This document shows positions 20,292 through 31,286 of a stretch of DNA of 64,000 bases, one piece after another. Below the pieces are notes generated by a model that was not told the DNA's origin, made no database searches, and saw only the letters and a program-made list of their open reading frames with translations. A program made the translations under genes and the position numbers. Where the stretch lies: positions 320,001 to 384,000 of the forward strand of contig CM000429.1 in NCBI GenBank assembly GCA_000165345.1, written 5' to 3'. Numbering within the stretch: position 1 is the first letter of the stretch; every line of letters starts with the position of its first letter.

Positions 20292-21746
20292 ATGTTAATT
20301 AATAGATGGGTAATATTTGCTTACTTATTTCAATTACTTTGGAGGTATATTATAAGTGAAGGAACTCAAATCAATGCAGCAACCGAAGAGAATGATGCTT
20401 ATAGGTATAATATCATAGCTGATGATCTTTTGAATATGGATTTTCCGGCGTATAAATTTAGAGATCTAAAAAGAAAGTCTAGAGTAATAATAGAGGCAAA
20501 TAATAGAATGTTGCATGTATTAGAGGATTTGTTAATAATTTCTGACGAAATCTTAGAAGGTTTTTCTGATCCTTCAAAAGAGCCATATTTTTTGGAGGAA
20601 TATAAATCTATCTCACTGGTAAGTCTTATTTTGAATGTAATTTAGTAATAGTAAATCAAAACCCTTAGGTTCCAAGTTCTTTGCTTAAGTTTTTAGTAGA
20701 TCACGTTGAAAAAATGTTAGAAAGCTTGCCTTCCTCAAAGCCAATAAGTTATTTTCTGTACAATGATGCAACTGAAGTTTATAGAAAGGCGCATATTGAA
20801 TTGCTAAAGGATTACAGAGTAGTAACAATAAGAGTTGCATGCAGGCTTTTAATCATCTCCGTATTGCTTTCCTCATTGGAGAACCTAGTTAATAAAGAGC
20901 ATTCAAAGAGTCTTAGCATTTCCTATCCATTTTTGGATGATATTATTATTCGCCCCAAATCCACAGCAAGGTCAAACGTTACAAAAGTTTTAAACAGAAT
21001 TTTGAACTCCATAAGAAATTATGGAAGGAGAATCAAAATAGGAATAAAGAAAAAGGTGGGTATGAGTGATGAATTTGAAATAATCGGTGCGGATTCTCCA
21101 GAAATAAATGAAAAGGAATTTCTTTCCGCTATTTATAATCACAGGCAAGGTTCGGTTAGATCTATATTTGGAAAAGATGAAGCAATCTTTGAAAACAAGC
21201 AAGAAGTTTTTCAGGTAATAAACAATTTTATAGGAAAACAAGAAAGAGACTCAGGAATATTACTACAAATCCTTGAAACAGTGATTAGAAAGGAGCTTGG
21301 AATCGAGAGTTCTCAAGAACTCCAATGGAACTCCGAAGCCAAAAGGAAACTTACAAATGTCTGTAGAGACAGCCATGTCCTGGAAATTTTACCAAATAGA
21401 ATAAAATTTAAAACATGTAGGCAGTTATTTAACAAGGCTGGTGAGATTTTGACGGGGTCTCACTTTAAGAATAGTGAAAAAGAAAGTCGTATGGCTGGAA
21501 GAGCAAATGTATTAAAAAAAATCAGAAGAATTTCTTCGATTAAGTTTATTCAGGTAAGTATCAAATTAAGCCAAACTGATATAAACAGATCTAATTCAGC
21601 TAAAATATATTCTCTTTTAGTCAATATTAATATACTATAATGTGAATGACAAATTATTGAAAGATCAATTGGCCAAAGTAAGTAAGGGGACATTGAATAG
21701 AAGTCATAGAGCGAGATATTCAGAAATATTAAATGCTGAAGACTGA
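20292..21746 (+). CDS. Hypothetical secreted protein (signal peptide), 3 exons
   Basis: Exons are 20292..20618, 20669..21553 and 21621..21746. Intron 1 (20619..20668, 50 nt) has donor CTG|GTAAGT and acceptor CCCTTAG|G. It fuses two track ORFs in frame. Intron 2 (21554..21620, 67 nt) has donor CAG|GTAAGT, branch site CTAAT and acceptor TTCTCTTTTAG|T. It extends the ORF by 41 codons to TGA at 21744..21746. The N-terminus MLINRWVIFAYLFQLLWRYIISEG is signal-peptide-like. Confidence 0.55.
20619..20668 (+). other. Intron 1 of secreted hypothetical gene (50 nt)
   Basis: Phase 0, GTAAGT donor and TTAG acceptor. It restores a continuous frame between the ORFs at 20277..20645 and 20681..21640. Confidence 0.65.
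21554..21620 (+). other. Putative intron 2 of secreted hypothetical gene (67 nt)
   Basis: GTAAGT donor, CTAAT branch site, and a polypyrimidine tract followed by TAG. The alternative is read-through to TAA at 21638..21640. Confidence 0.45.
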
Positions 21747-21766
21747 GAGTATGAGTACATATTAAG

Positions 21767-24124
21767 CTAACCCAAAATCATTCTTGTGCTGCTATCTAAC
21801 TTATTCATGGTGGAAAGCTGATCATTGCAAAGCTTTGGAATATCTCTAACCCAATTTAAATGACGATTCCATTCTTTAACCAGTGCATCCAATTTGGCAT
21901 TTGACTTATTAAAAATCTTTTCTTGGCTAAGAACTACCTCATTATTCTCTTTTATCAATGAGTGGACACGCTTTAATAAATAAGGTGCTTGAGAAATTAC
22001 CTCCTTACAACTTTCAAATTGCTCAGAAGTTTCTTTAACTACTGAACATTTCATGATAAGATTTAGAGGTTTAATAAACTTTTCTAATTTGGCAGTAGTT
22101 TTAGAAGAATTCACTTGAGGAGCGCTATTCTTCTTTATTAGCTCTATTTGTTTTTCTATATTAATCATCTTATTATTTGCATGCACGCTGGATTGTTTGA
22201 GGTTATTTAAATGGTCTTCAATATTTATAAGAGGGGATAAAACTTCTTTACGAAGTTTCCTCTTTGTAGTTGGAAGTCTTGCCTTAATATTCTTTAACCC
22301 ACTTCCCTGTGTTCTTTCATCGACAGTCTGTCTAAGAGAAGCTATAATACTTATGACCTTGTTAATTGCTTCTTCGCTTGACTCTACCAGTTCATTCCTA
22401 AGGTCTGGACTTACGTCAATAGACTTGAAAATATTGTTTGTCTGATTTCCTTTGTCAGAGCCTTCCTTTTTCAATCTAGATAAGTTCTTCTTAAGTGACA
22501 TTGTTATGTCCAAAGAAAGTAAATAAGAATAGGAGTATAATGAGCTTGGCACAGATTCATTCTTGGCTGAGGACAAAATGATTTCGGAGTAGACTTTATT
22601 GGTGAATTGAAGTTTTTCTAGAGAGTTTAGCATAATACTCGTGGAATTATTAATATACATATATACATGATCAAGTTCATTAGCTAATAAATTAATGTGT
22701 TGAATAAGCTTTTGAATCTCTTTGGAAGAAAGCTTATCTGAAAATTTTTCCTGTAAAATATCAATTTTTTTAAAATCTGGAAAAAAAGGAAGACCCTTTG
22801 CGTTTCTATTTTCTAATAAAACCCCTTGACTAGATTTCGTTTTAGAAAACTGGTAAGGTAATATTTTGGTTGGATTAAGTTTTGTCTTACTTAAAGAGCT
22901 TTTATCAAAATCTCTGTCATTTAAAATATTATCTAATTGAGATAAACTTTCCAGTTCTTTCTTATTCTTCTCAAAGTTATAAGAACATAAATCCACCAAA
23001 TTCTTGTCATATGTTATATTTATATATGAGACATGTGCTAAAGTCTCTCTTAATATTTCAAAACTTTGTTCATATAAAACAAGTACATTAGAAACCGACT
23101 TCATCATATAAATAAGTTTCTTTTCCAGAGGGACCAAAATGTGTTTATACTTTAAACAGTTTTTTAGCTGCTTCAATTGTTTGTTTGCTCTATTTAACTC
23201 CATGAGAACTATTTTCGAAAGAGGGGATGAAACAAAAATTGTGTTTTCAGGTAAATATTCTTGTAGTTCAATAATGCTACCGATAATATTTTGTTCAATA
23301 CTTTTCATTGTATCTTGATCAATAAATCCGCTTAAAGTAAGATAAGGTTCTAGTTCTTTACTTCTAGACAGATTTTTCTTATGTTCATCCAAAAGTAGAA
23401 TAAGATTGAAGACTTTACTACATTTATTCACTCGGTTAATTGCTTGGCTAAGGTCGTTATGAATAGATTTTGCAGCTACTTGAAAAATATCGCCAATGTC
23501 TTTATTATGCTGTTTTAAAACTCCTAATAAATGGCTAGAAAGTTTTGTTGAAATGAAATGTTCGATATCCTGTTGTAAGCCAACACATAAGTCTTTTTTT
23601 CGTATAAATGAATCTTTGTTGTCAAACATATTCTCTTGTTGGTTTTGAAAGTTTTCAAGTAACCGAATACAAAAATCGATCTCAAACTTCTTCGTATTGA
23701 TATAATCCAAAAAATAAATAAACTCCTTCAAGGTGCGTACTTGATCTGACTCTTGAAGAATATTAAAGTTTTTGGTCCAAAGATGAATTGAGTCTCTAAA
23801 AACTGACATTTCACTGCTAAAAGTCTTAGAATCAACAATATTTTCCTTTAGAAGTCTCAACAATGAACTCTCGCAGACTAATTTAACACTTTCCTCCTTA
23901 GACAAAATTCTCTTTTGTGTAGCAACTGTGTTCTCTAATTTGCTATTCAAATTAATTAATTCAACGTTACTTGTAAACTTTGACTTTTCCACAAAAAAAT
24001 CAAGTAACTGTTGATACCTGTCATTGTTTTTAGTTTTCTTTGAGTTCCAAAGCTTGATTTGAGCCTCGGAAGCAATAATAATTGACAGAAGCAAAAATAT
24101 AAATAGAATAACCCATGAATTCAT
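21767..24124 (-). CDS. Hypothetical secreted coiled-coil protein (785 aa)
   Basis: The N-terminal signal peptide is MNSWVILFIFLLLSIIIASEA. The remainder is heptad-rich and predicted coiled coil. Confidence 0.6.
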   Translation of the reverse strand: MNSWVILFIFLLLSIIIASEAQIKLWNSKKTKNNDRYQQLLDFFVEKSKFTSNVELINLNSKLENTVATQKRILSKEESVKLVCESSLLRLLKENIVDSKTFSSEMSVFRDSIHLWTKNFNILQESDQVRTLKEFIYFLDYINTKKFEIDFCIRLLENFQNQQENMFDNKDSFIRKKDLCVGLQQDIEHFISTKLSSHLLGVLKQHNKDIGDIFQVAAKSIHNDLSQAINRVNKCSKVFNLILLLDEHKKNLSRSKELEPYLTLSGFIDQDTMKSIEQNIIGSIIELQEYLPENTIFVSSPLSKIVLMELNRANKQLKQLKNCLKYKHILVPLEKKLIYMMKSVSNVLVLYEQSFEILRETLAHVSYINITYDKNLVDLCSYNFEKNKKELESLSQLDNILNDRDFDKSSLSKTKLNPTKILPYQFSKTKSSQGVLLENRNAKGLPFFPDFKKIDILQEKFSDKLSSKEIQKLIQHINLLANELDHVYMYINNSTSIMLNSLEKLQFTNKVYSEIILSSAKNESVPSSLYSYSYLLSLDITMSLKKNLSRLKKEGSDKGNQTNNIFKSIDVSPDLRNELVESSEEAINKVISIIASLRQTVDERTQGSGLKNIKARLPTTKRKLRKEVLSPLINIEDHLNNLKQSSVHANNKMINIEKQIELIKKNSAPQVNSSKTTAKLEKFIKPLNLIMKCSVVKETSEQFESCKEVISQAPYLLKRVHSLIKENNEVVLSQEKIFNKSNAKLDALVKEWNRHLNWVRDIPKLCNDQLSTMNKLDSSTRMILG

Positions 24125-24324
24125 TTTGACTTGATAAAATCGATGCTTGAAATTATAGTTTTAAAAAGAGCAATTCTTGCAAAAAAAAAATTATACCAAC
24201 CTGAAACTATATTCTCCTTATTACCATAATATTGTCGTAGCTAACGCTGCAACTCTTTATTATAATTTACCTTTATCTTTTATAAAGAATCAACAAACTC
24301 CTATTCTACCTAAAGGGATATAAG

Positions 24325-24347
24325 GGCGCGCCTTTGGCGGGCAAAAA
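24325..24347. promoter_or_regulatory. Composite GGCGCGCC palindrome + TTTGGCGGGCAAAA E2F-like site
   Basis: The only GC-rich element in the 550-bp divergent promoter between the 21767..24124 (-) and 24678..27830 (+) genes. Confidence 0.45.
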
Positions 24348-24677
24348 TCGTTTTTTTTGCATTGCAAGAAAAAAAATGAAGAAATGCAACCTATGGAAAA
24401 AATAAGGATGAAACATTGAATAAGCTTAGAAACAAGCTATTTTCTCAACAAATAATTACAGACCTCTGAGTTATTTGTATGAGTTTTCTTCTCATTTTAT
24501 TCTTCAAAAGCAAATCTCAATTTATTTAAAAATATGCAAATGGCGGAATTTGTATATCCCCACAATCACATGTGTAGTAATTTATAATACTAAAAATTAA
24601 TAAAAATATTACTCTAGTGGGGAGAAAATAGTATATGATAAACATGATATTCTGATTTCAATTTATATTGATGTATC

Positions 24678-27600
24678 ATGTATGATAGACCACATCTAAA
24701 TGGGGCATTCAGAAGAGGCTCCAGCCTTGACTCCTTAATGGACTCGAACAAAAGAAATCAAGTTAGGAGGTTTAGTCAAAGTGGCATGGCCTCAACTACT
24801 CGAGAAGAACGGCCCATAATCAGCTCTATAGAACGTGAAGCAAAAACTCAAGAGAGATTGAGAAGATTGTCAATGAGCATTAAGTCAGGAGGTAAGAGTA
24901 TTAAGTGTAACAATGAATTTCCTCAAAATAAGATTCAAATAGAACAAATACTTCTATATATAAATACAGGTGCAAAATATAACAGCGACATTTACGAAAA
25001 GAAAGAAGATTATGAACGAATGGTATATGAAATATTTTCTGTAGGAGGGTATTGTTGTGATTTAATGGTGAGTTCGTTTAAGAATATTGTGAGTAATCCC
25101 AAAGTCAATGGTGTGAATATGACCAGAATGGACCGTCTATTGAATTTCCTGTCATTTGTTCAGGATTTATTCAAGAACTACTGCAGTCCAGAAATTGTTA
25201 GCATGGCCCCAAAACAAAGAGTTCAAAGTTGGAAAGTCTTAAATCCATCCCAGGATTATCGTTCTAGAAGTTTATCAAACATATATAATACAGATAGTAA
25301 TAACCTAAACGAAAGTGAGAGATTTCGTAAAATTGAAAGGAAGCTTTTAGAATCTGTTTCTAAGAAAGCTGTTCAAAATAATAATTTGAAAAAAGACCTT
25401 TTAGAAAAATATAAAATCGAAAAGGATAACAAAAATTTGATTAGTACAAAAAACTCCCAAAGCCCTTATGATCTTATTAGACGACGGTATCTTGGAGAAT
25501 TGAAGAAAACTCTTGTTAATGATAGCCAAATACTAAATCGAGAATTGTCCAGACCAAAGTCAAGCGAAGGAGGCGTTAAGAAGATTTTCGAGTCCTTGCG
25601 TTATTCTAGAAAAAAAATTGGCGAAGATGAAAATAGGGCAAGATCATTATCAAATATACCAATCTCTAGAGACTTTGCTTCTGAGATCAAAATAGTCAGA
25701 AGTAGATCTGAGAATTCTTTGAAATTGGAAGAGGCTAAGTTAAATATCAAGAAATTAGAAGACCAACGAATTCAAGGACTACAGAGACTAATAGACAAAC
25801 TTAAAGAAGTTAAGCTGGGTTCAAGTAGTCGCGAATCTAAAGCCATAGAAAGTCCAGAAAACAACTCAATATCCTTGCATGATAGTAAGAAATTAACTAG
25901 AAAAATAAGTGAAGTTAGTTCCACGCCTATCTCTAGCTCTTTGATTTACGAGAAATTAATTCAGGCTCAAATAGAGCATTCAAATACTTTGAATAAGAAT
26001 ATTGGGCCAGAAGAGTGTTTATCTGAGGAAGCCAGTGATGAAAATAACTCAAAGGAAAGTACTCACAAAATTAAACGACATTGGGAATTGGACACACCAT
26101 TTATTCACTATAGAAATATTGGATTCAATAAGGATTTGAAGCAAGATCATATAAAGGAAATTTACGACAAACCTGTTGTTGGTTATCAGAGCAATGAAGT
26201 TGAACAGGCATTCATACCATGTATACCCCCAGTAAGATACGAATATTCTGAAATTAAAGAACCGAATAGTGGTGAAAATCAACATACCACTACCAAGTCT
26301 ATTTTGGAACTAAATTCTCAAATTGATCAGGAGCCTATTGAAAAACAAATAAAGTTAGAAGGCTCAGTTGATGAAATAGTTCAATTTGACCATTTAGTAC
26401 CACCAGAAGCTGTTGCTTCAGATTCAAAAGAAGTTATAGAGCCAGAAATTGTTTCCGAAAGTGATTTGAATAATTTAGATTTGCAAATTAAAATAATGGA
26501 TCCGATGCTCGTTCATGAATTAGAGAACGATTACATTGATGAGGCTCAAAAAACGCCTTCAAACAAAGATGTGCGTAATTCTCCAAGTGAAGATGCTACT
26601 GAATGTTTATCTGTTGTAATTACAGATCCTCAGAAGGCTCTTGATGACAAAATTACTTTAAATGTAGTTTCTATCGAAGATGAGCAGACTTCCAAACGAA
26701 AGCATGGACTGGAGGATTCTCCTCTGGAACCTATTAAAATCCTTAAGGACGGTGAGGTTACAGTCGAAGAGATCAGCAAAATAACTGACAAGCTGGAAGA
26801 TATAACTATGGTGAATGAAAGTTTGATTAAGAGAATCGAAAACTTGCCGATTGAAAACATTGATCTTTCAAATGAAAATGGACTATCGATTTTGAACTCT
26901 TGTGCTAGCAACTCAGAAAGGAACTCTCCCGAAAATAAGAAGGATATCAATATGGATAGACTACAAAATATTGAATATTTCACCTCGGGAGATGAAGAAC
27001 TTAGAAGTAAAATTGAAGAGTACAATTATTGGTTTGAAAATGCAAGCTCTGGGAATTATTATGAGTTGAATTTGGACGGATTGAATTTAGAGGAGTTTTA
27101 CTACAAAAATATCGAGTCAATTCCCAGGTGTTATGATGAGTTAATTGACATGTCAGAAAGCTCCATAATTAATTTATGCAATATTATCTTTAATAGGTTG
27201 CCCGAGCTCATTTTAGAGCAAATGGAGAGAAGTACCGAAAATAATATGGGGGAAAGCAAAGCTAGCATAGGTATTGAAGCTTTAGCTTATTACGAGCTAA
27301 GCGAAGAGGACCTTCTTTTCTTTATTCACGAAAAGGTGATGAAAGATCCAAGCTATCTAGGGTTCAAGTCATCTATTCGAGGGGAAATCTATCCTCCCGA
27401 TGATAACTTTATCCTGCTAATTATTGACCTTATAAGAGAGTTGGTACAAGAATGGAGAGATGATACATCTAATTCCTGGAGAACGCCAATCACAGATGAA
27501 TTGATTTCCAGGAAAGTGACAGATATTATATGTAATTCATATGAGCCTTATTTGTCAGAAGTAGGTTCTGAAGAATGGGTATTAAAAAAGGTGTTTCATG

Positions 27601-27830
27601 CACCTCATTACCCCAATATTCTTGAGTCTGAAAAAGAGTTTCTCAACATTGAACATTTGTTCAAGTACCATTCGTGTGAGGATTCAATCACAAATGAGTA
27701 TATTAATATGGACCGTCAAAAGTGGCTTCAGACAAGTGGTCTCTATATACCACTATTAAATGAGGTTATCGAACAAATTCTTCATGAATCAATTGATCGT
27801 GCAATTCTAGAATTAAAGCCTCGCAATTAA
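24678..27830 (+). CDS. Hypothetical protein (1050 aa) with Ser/Lys-rich low-complexity N-half, coiled-coil segment and conserved-looking C-terminal globular region
   Basis: A 3.1 kb ORF with an ATG start. No family is recognised. Confidence 0.6.
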   Translation: MYDRPHLNGAFRRGSSLDSLMDSNKRNQVRRFSQSGMASTTREERPIISSIEREAKTQERLRRLSMSIKSGGKSIKCNNEFPQNKIQIEQILLYINTGAKYNSDIYEKKEDYERMVYEIFSVGGYCCDLMVSSFKNIVSNPKVNGVNMTRMDRLLNFLSFVQDLFKNYCSPEIVSMAPKQRVQSWKVLNPSQDYRSRSLSNIYNTDSNNLNESERFRKIERKLLESVSKKAVQNNNLKKDLLEKYKIEKDNKNLISTKNSQSPYDLIRRRYLGELKKTLVNDSQILNRELSRPKSSEGGVKKIFESLRYSRKKIGEDENRARSLSNIPISRDFASEIKIVRSRSENSLKLEEAKLNIKKLEDQRIQGLQRLIDKLKEVKLGSSSRESKAIESPENNSISLHDSKKLTRKISEVSSTPISSSLIYEKLIQAQIEHSNTLNKNIGPEECLSEEASDENNSKESTHKIKRHWELDTPFIHYRNIGFNKDLKQDHIKEIYDKPVVGYQSNEVEQAFIPCIPPVRYEYSEIKEPNSGENQHTTTKSILELNSQIDQEPIEKQIKLEGSVDEIVQFDHLVPPEAVASDSKEVIEPEIVSESDLNNLDLQIKIMDPMLVHELENDYIDEAQKTPSNKDVRNSPSEDATECLSVVITDPQKALDDKITLNVVSIEDEQTSKRKHGLEDSPLEPIKILKDGEVTVEEISKITDKLEDITMVNESLIKRIENLPIENIDLSNENGLSILNSCASNSERNSPENKKDINMDRLQNIEYFTSGDEELRSKIEEYNYWFENASSGNYYELNLDGLNLEEFYYKNIESIPRCYDELIDMSESSIINLCNIIFNRLPELILEQMERSTENNMGESKASIGIEALAYYELSEEDLLFFIHEKVMKDPSYLGFKSSIRGEIYPPDDNFILLIIDLIRELVQEWRDDTSNSWRTPITDELISRKVTDIICNSYEPYLSEVGSEEWVLKKVFHAPHYPNILESEKEFLNIEHLFKYHSCEDSITNEYINMDRQKWLQTSGLYIPLLNEVIEQILHESIDRAILELKPRN

Positions 27831-27870
27831 TTTGTTTTAGATTTAAATAGGTACTCTATAATTAACATAA

Positions 27871-27879
27871 TTTGGCGCC
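27871..27879. promoter_or_regulatory. E2F-like TTTGGCGCC about 85 bp upstream of the 27962 gene
   Basis: Exact TTTGGCGC core in a short tandem intergenic spacer. Confidence 0.4.
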
Positions 27880-27961
27880 TTTGCACAATTTTTTTTAGTA
27901 TGTAAACTTTAAATATTTTTAAAAACCGAATTAATTGATATAAGGACGCATGTAGGTCAAA

Positions 27962-29959
27962 ATGGAGTTTTCTTCAAGCGAGTTCTTGGAAAAAATTATT
28001 CCATGTAGCGAAAAACTGGAAGCTTTACTCGGAGAATATGTCTCAGAGTGTATATTATGGAATGAGGTAAAACAGGTTTTTGAGTTAAATGGACAAAAGA
28101 TTAAGAAGTTTTCCGAAGAGATATCAAAAATTGAAATCTCTAAGACTGATATTATCCACTCAATTATGCTGGTATTAATAAAAAGGGAAGAACCTAATGA
28201 TGATAGCAAAATTGTCATGATGAAGGATAGACAAATTTTAATTTTATCTACAAGTACTTTATTCTTAGTTAATAGTGGATATTTCGATATCGTATTTTGG
28301 CTTGATATAATTTTAGATATCTCCAACCTTTTTAAAGTCCACGGATTGGTGGCATTTACCAAGTGGATTTGCGGATGTTTTGAAGAGTTTAACTGGGCAA
28401 TTTCTAATCCCAGTATTCCGTTTAATAAAAGAGGTTTGGCTGAGGAAGGTGTTGAGCAATCAACTTCTGGATGTGACCTTTCTCCTTCTGTAGCTGCTCA
28501 ACGACAACTTGCTCAGGCAAAATTTGTAGGTTTGTTAAAAGTAATCAGCAGAAGGCTCATTGGATATCGTTGCTTTATAGAGGCTGGCATGCTTAGAAGC
28601 TTTGTATTTTCAATACTTCCAAGCAACCAGGCAGGAATATGTAGGAAGGCTTTCACTCCTAGACCTTACTCTTCAGTAAATGTAGATGAACAAATGGAAA
28701 GTATTACTGAAGCTGTCACTTTAATAGATGACTTTGAAGCTCTCTCGGACAATGATACAGATAAGGAAGAGGGAGAAATGTCAAAAGAAAAAGAAGACTA
28801 TAATTCTGGTATTATTAAAAGCGACTTTCAGCATATTCTAGATCCCTCTAAATCTGTTAAAAGCGTATTTGAAGCTTATAAAAGAGTAGACAACTTTTTT
28901 CAAACATCAACTGATTTTCTGAATTCAATGATTGATAATTCAGAAACTTTGTCCTCTAGCAAAAAAAAACAAATTGATGATATATGTAAAGACGTTGAAA
29001 TGATTGTCTCATACTTTGAGGATTATAACTATATGGATATCCAGGACCCAGTGACTCATTTCCAAGGATTGGTCTCAACTTTAGAAGGAATTCCCTCAAG
29101 CTTAGAATCGCTTTATTTCAGAATTAATTTTGCATACAGATTTTCTTTTATAGTATGTTGCCAACTGAATCAAGTAATTGATGGTTGCAAGCATGCATGC
29201 GAATATATGCATAATAAAATGGTTCCTCTTTTAAAAAGATGCCTAGGATCAGTTGATAAATTTAAAAATAAAAATATTTCTTCTGCAACACTTTTTATTA
29301 ATCTTATGATTAAATATGAATTTCTTTGGCAAAGCTGGAAAAATAACAATTGTGTTGATATTTCTATTCCTCCAGAAAAACTTAAACCATTACTTGAAAT
29401 GACAAAATCTCCTACTGAGGAAAGAAATGACTCCAAGAAAAGAAGAATTGAAGAAAGTAAATGCGTTACGAAGTTCATTGATGATGAGACATTTAATAAA
29501 TATATGTCTTTCATTCAAAACTTTTCCAACTCTGATAGTAATAAAGATTCTGATTCTATTAAAATAAGAAATATAAATCTTCCAAACTTCACAACTGAAA
29601 GAGAATTGTTATATTTGGATCCCATTAATCTTGACTCATACTCTTCAAAGAGCGTAAATTCTAAGATTATTAGTAAATTTAATGACTATAAGGAAAAAAT
29701 TCTTATTGATTTAGACCCAGATAATGGAATTGATGAATCTGAAAAAAGTATCAAAGATCCTATAATTAGATGGAGATGCGACAGACTTTACAAGAGAATA
29801 CATTTAGATCGCTTAAACGAGCTCTCAGATATCCAACTATCAATCAGCAATGTTGAACATCTCATTCAAAATTGTGACACAGAAAAAAACAACAATTTAC
29901 CCAACACAGACAAATTTGAGTTTTTAAATATTTACTCTCCACTTGAGGATAACCAATAG
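27962..29959 (+). CDS. Hypothetical protein (665 aa)
   Basis: Continuous ORF with ATG start, in tandem 131 bp downstream of the previous gene. An E2F-like motif lies about 85 bp upstream. Confidence 0.55.
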   Translation: MEFSSSEFLEKIIPCSEKLEALLGEYVSECILWNEVKQVFELNGQKIKKFSEEISKIEISKTDIIHSIMLVLIKREEPNDDSKIVMMKDRQILILSTSTLFLVNSGYFDIVFWLDIILDISNLFKVHGLVAFTKWICGCFEEFNWAISNPSIPFNKRGLAEEGVEQSTSGCDLSPSVAAQRQLAQAKFVGLLKVISRRLIGYRCFIEAGMLRSFVFSILPSNQAGICRKAFTPRPYSSVNVDEQMESITEAVTLIDDFEALSDNDTDKEEGEMSKEKEDYNSGIIKSDFQHILDPSKSVKSVFEAYKRVDNFFQTSTDFLNSMIDNSETLSSSKKKQIDDICKDVEMIVSYFEDYNYMDIQDPVTHFQGLVSTLEGIPSSLESLYFRINFAYRFSFIVCCQLNQVIDGCKHACEYMHNKMVPLLKRCLGSVDKFKNKNISSATLFINLMIKYEFLWQSWKNNNCVDISIPPEKLKPLLEMTKSPTEERNDSKKRRIEESKCVTKFIDDETFNKYMSFIQNFSNSDSNKDSDSIKIRNINLPNFTTERELLYLDPINLDSYSSKSVNSKIISKFNDYKEKILIDLDPDNGIDESEKSIKDPIIRWRCDRLYKRIHLDRLNELSDIQLSISNVEHLIQNCDTEKNNNLPNTDKFEFLNIYSPLEDNQ

Positions 29960-30111
29960 CGTGCTACTTATATATTCTATATATAAATCTCTATATTGTA
30001 ATTTCCCAGAACTTAAGAAAAGTAAACAATTAGCCATAAATTTAGAAGAGAATTTAAATAAATAATTCTTAAGTTAATGAATCCTAAGGTTGTCTAAAAT
30101 ATGGAACCAAT

Positions 30112-30795
30112 TTAGGTTCCCTTATATATTGGATAATTGCCAGCTTGTCCAGCCGCAGAATTAGACGATGATGAAATGTCACTAAGCTTATATGATTTTC
30201 CTGTGAATGGAGTATACATTACAGGTGAAGGTGCACTGGTATTGCTTATATTAATGTTTGCTGTACTAGGATTTCCTGCTTCATTAGCCCCACTTGCTGT
30301 ATTTTCATTGGCTAAAGCCCCTGTGTTTGCTCCATTCCAGGGATTTATAAATTGATTCAATAGTTCATCGGTCTCCTCGACAAAATGAATATTCTTAAAT
30401 ATATTGTAGCTAATAATACATGCGAGGACTGAAAGTATTGGTGTAGCTATAGTAATTGCAAATTTTAACTTATCAACTAATTTTATTTCTGAAAATAAGA
30501 GTGTATTTCTCTTTATCCATTCAAATGCTATTAGTGACAATAAAATTCCTCTTACAAATGATATAGTAATAAATAAAAAAAATGCGCATGGAGACTTTTC
30601 AGTATATACCACATAACCCAAGTAAATCATCCATCCTTCAAAAAAGGTGCTTATGACATCAGTAAGCGTCACAATTCTCATCAAAAGCACAATGAACTGT
30701 AAAAATAAGATAAAAGCGAACGCATACTTTAGTTTCTTAGTAAATGGTGTCTCCTCTGCTCTGTAGCTAAAGCCTAAGACCGAGTAAGTAAACAT
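30112..30795 (-). CDS. Small four-transmembrane protein with Asn/Ala/Ser-rich C-terminal tail (TVP23/SFT2/PRA1-like topology, family uncertain)
   Basis: Four hydrophobic helices in the first 150 aa, then a low-complexity tail ending PVMYTPFTGKSY. An E2F-like TTCCCGCC site lies upstream. Confidence 0.5.
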   Translation of the reverse strand: MFTYSVLGFSYRAEETPFTKKLKYAFAFILFLQFIVLLMRIVTLTDVISTFFEGWMIYLGYVVYTEKSPCAFFLFITISFVRGILLSLIAFEWIKRNTLLFSEIKLVDKLKFAITIATPILSVLACIISYNIFKNIHFVEETDELLNQFINPWNGANTGALANENTASGANEAGNPSTANINISNTSAPSPVMYTPFTGKSYKLSDISSSSNSAAGQAGNYPIYKGT

Positions 30796-31078
30796 CTTCT
30801 ACATAAACAAATTATATTTAGCTTATTTCTCTCAGCCAGTTATCCAATTTATTTGAATTTTTGAACAAATTACACAATTATAACCAACTAATAAGCTTTC
30901 AAAACACATCCAAAGTTCCAAACACGAATCGATCAAATTGTATGCTTGAATTCAAACTTCTGGCCCTTGAGTAGCAATATTGTGTATAGCTACTAATAAC
31001 TTGTTTTACTTGAGTTCTGAACTCTCAATTTTTAAACCCCCTGTTGTCGTTTACCTTAAGTTAGTAATTGGCACGAGG

Positions 31079-31093
31079 AGAATTCCCGCCTAA
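31079..31093. promoter_or_regulatory. E2F-like GAATTCCCGCCTAAA upstream of 4-TM protein gene
   Basis: TTCCCGCC core. Confidence 0.35.
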
Positions 31094-31286
31094 ATTTAGA
31101 TCTTAATTGGGTGCAGAAAAGGTCAATTTATTTTAAATAATATTAATTGATCTTTCCCAATTTGTGTTTTCTATTTTAAAAGATCAATGTTTTAATAATA
31201 AAATTTACAATTGTTCGTTAGAACTTGAGCTACTTTCCCAATTCTTACAGTTAAACTAAAATTGAGGTTTGAAGCCAAAATTAACA

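Noticed and set aside
21676-21681. Third GTAAGT (AAA|GTAAGTAAGGGG) within proposed exon 3 of the secreted-protein gene
   Set aside because: The frame stays open through it to an in-frame TGA 65 nt downstream. No acceptor or further coding potential exists before the next gene's 3' end, so it is a chance hexamer.
27931-28362. 143-aa minus-strand ORF overlapping the 5' end of the 27962 gene
   Set aside because: It is entirely antisense to a well-supported + strand CDS. It has no start context or domain.
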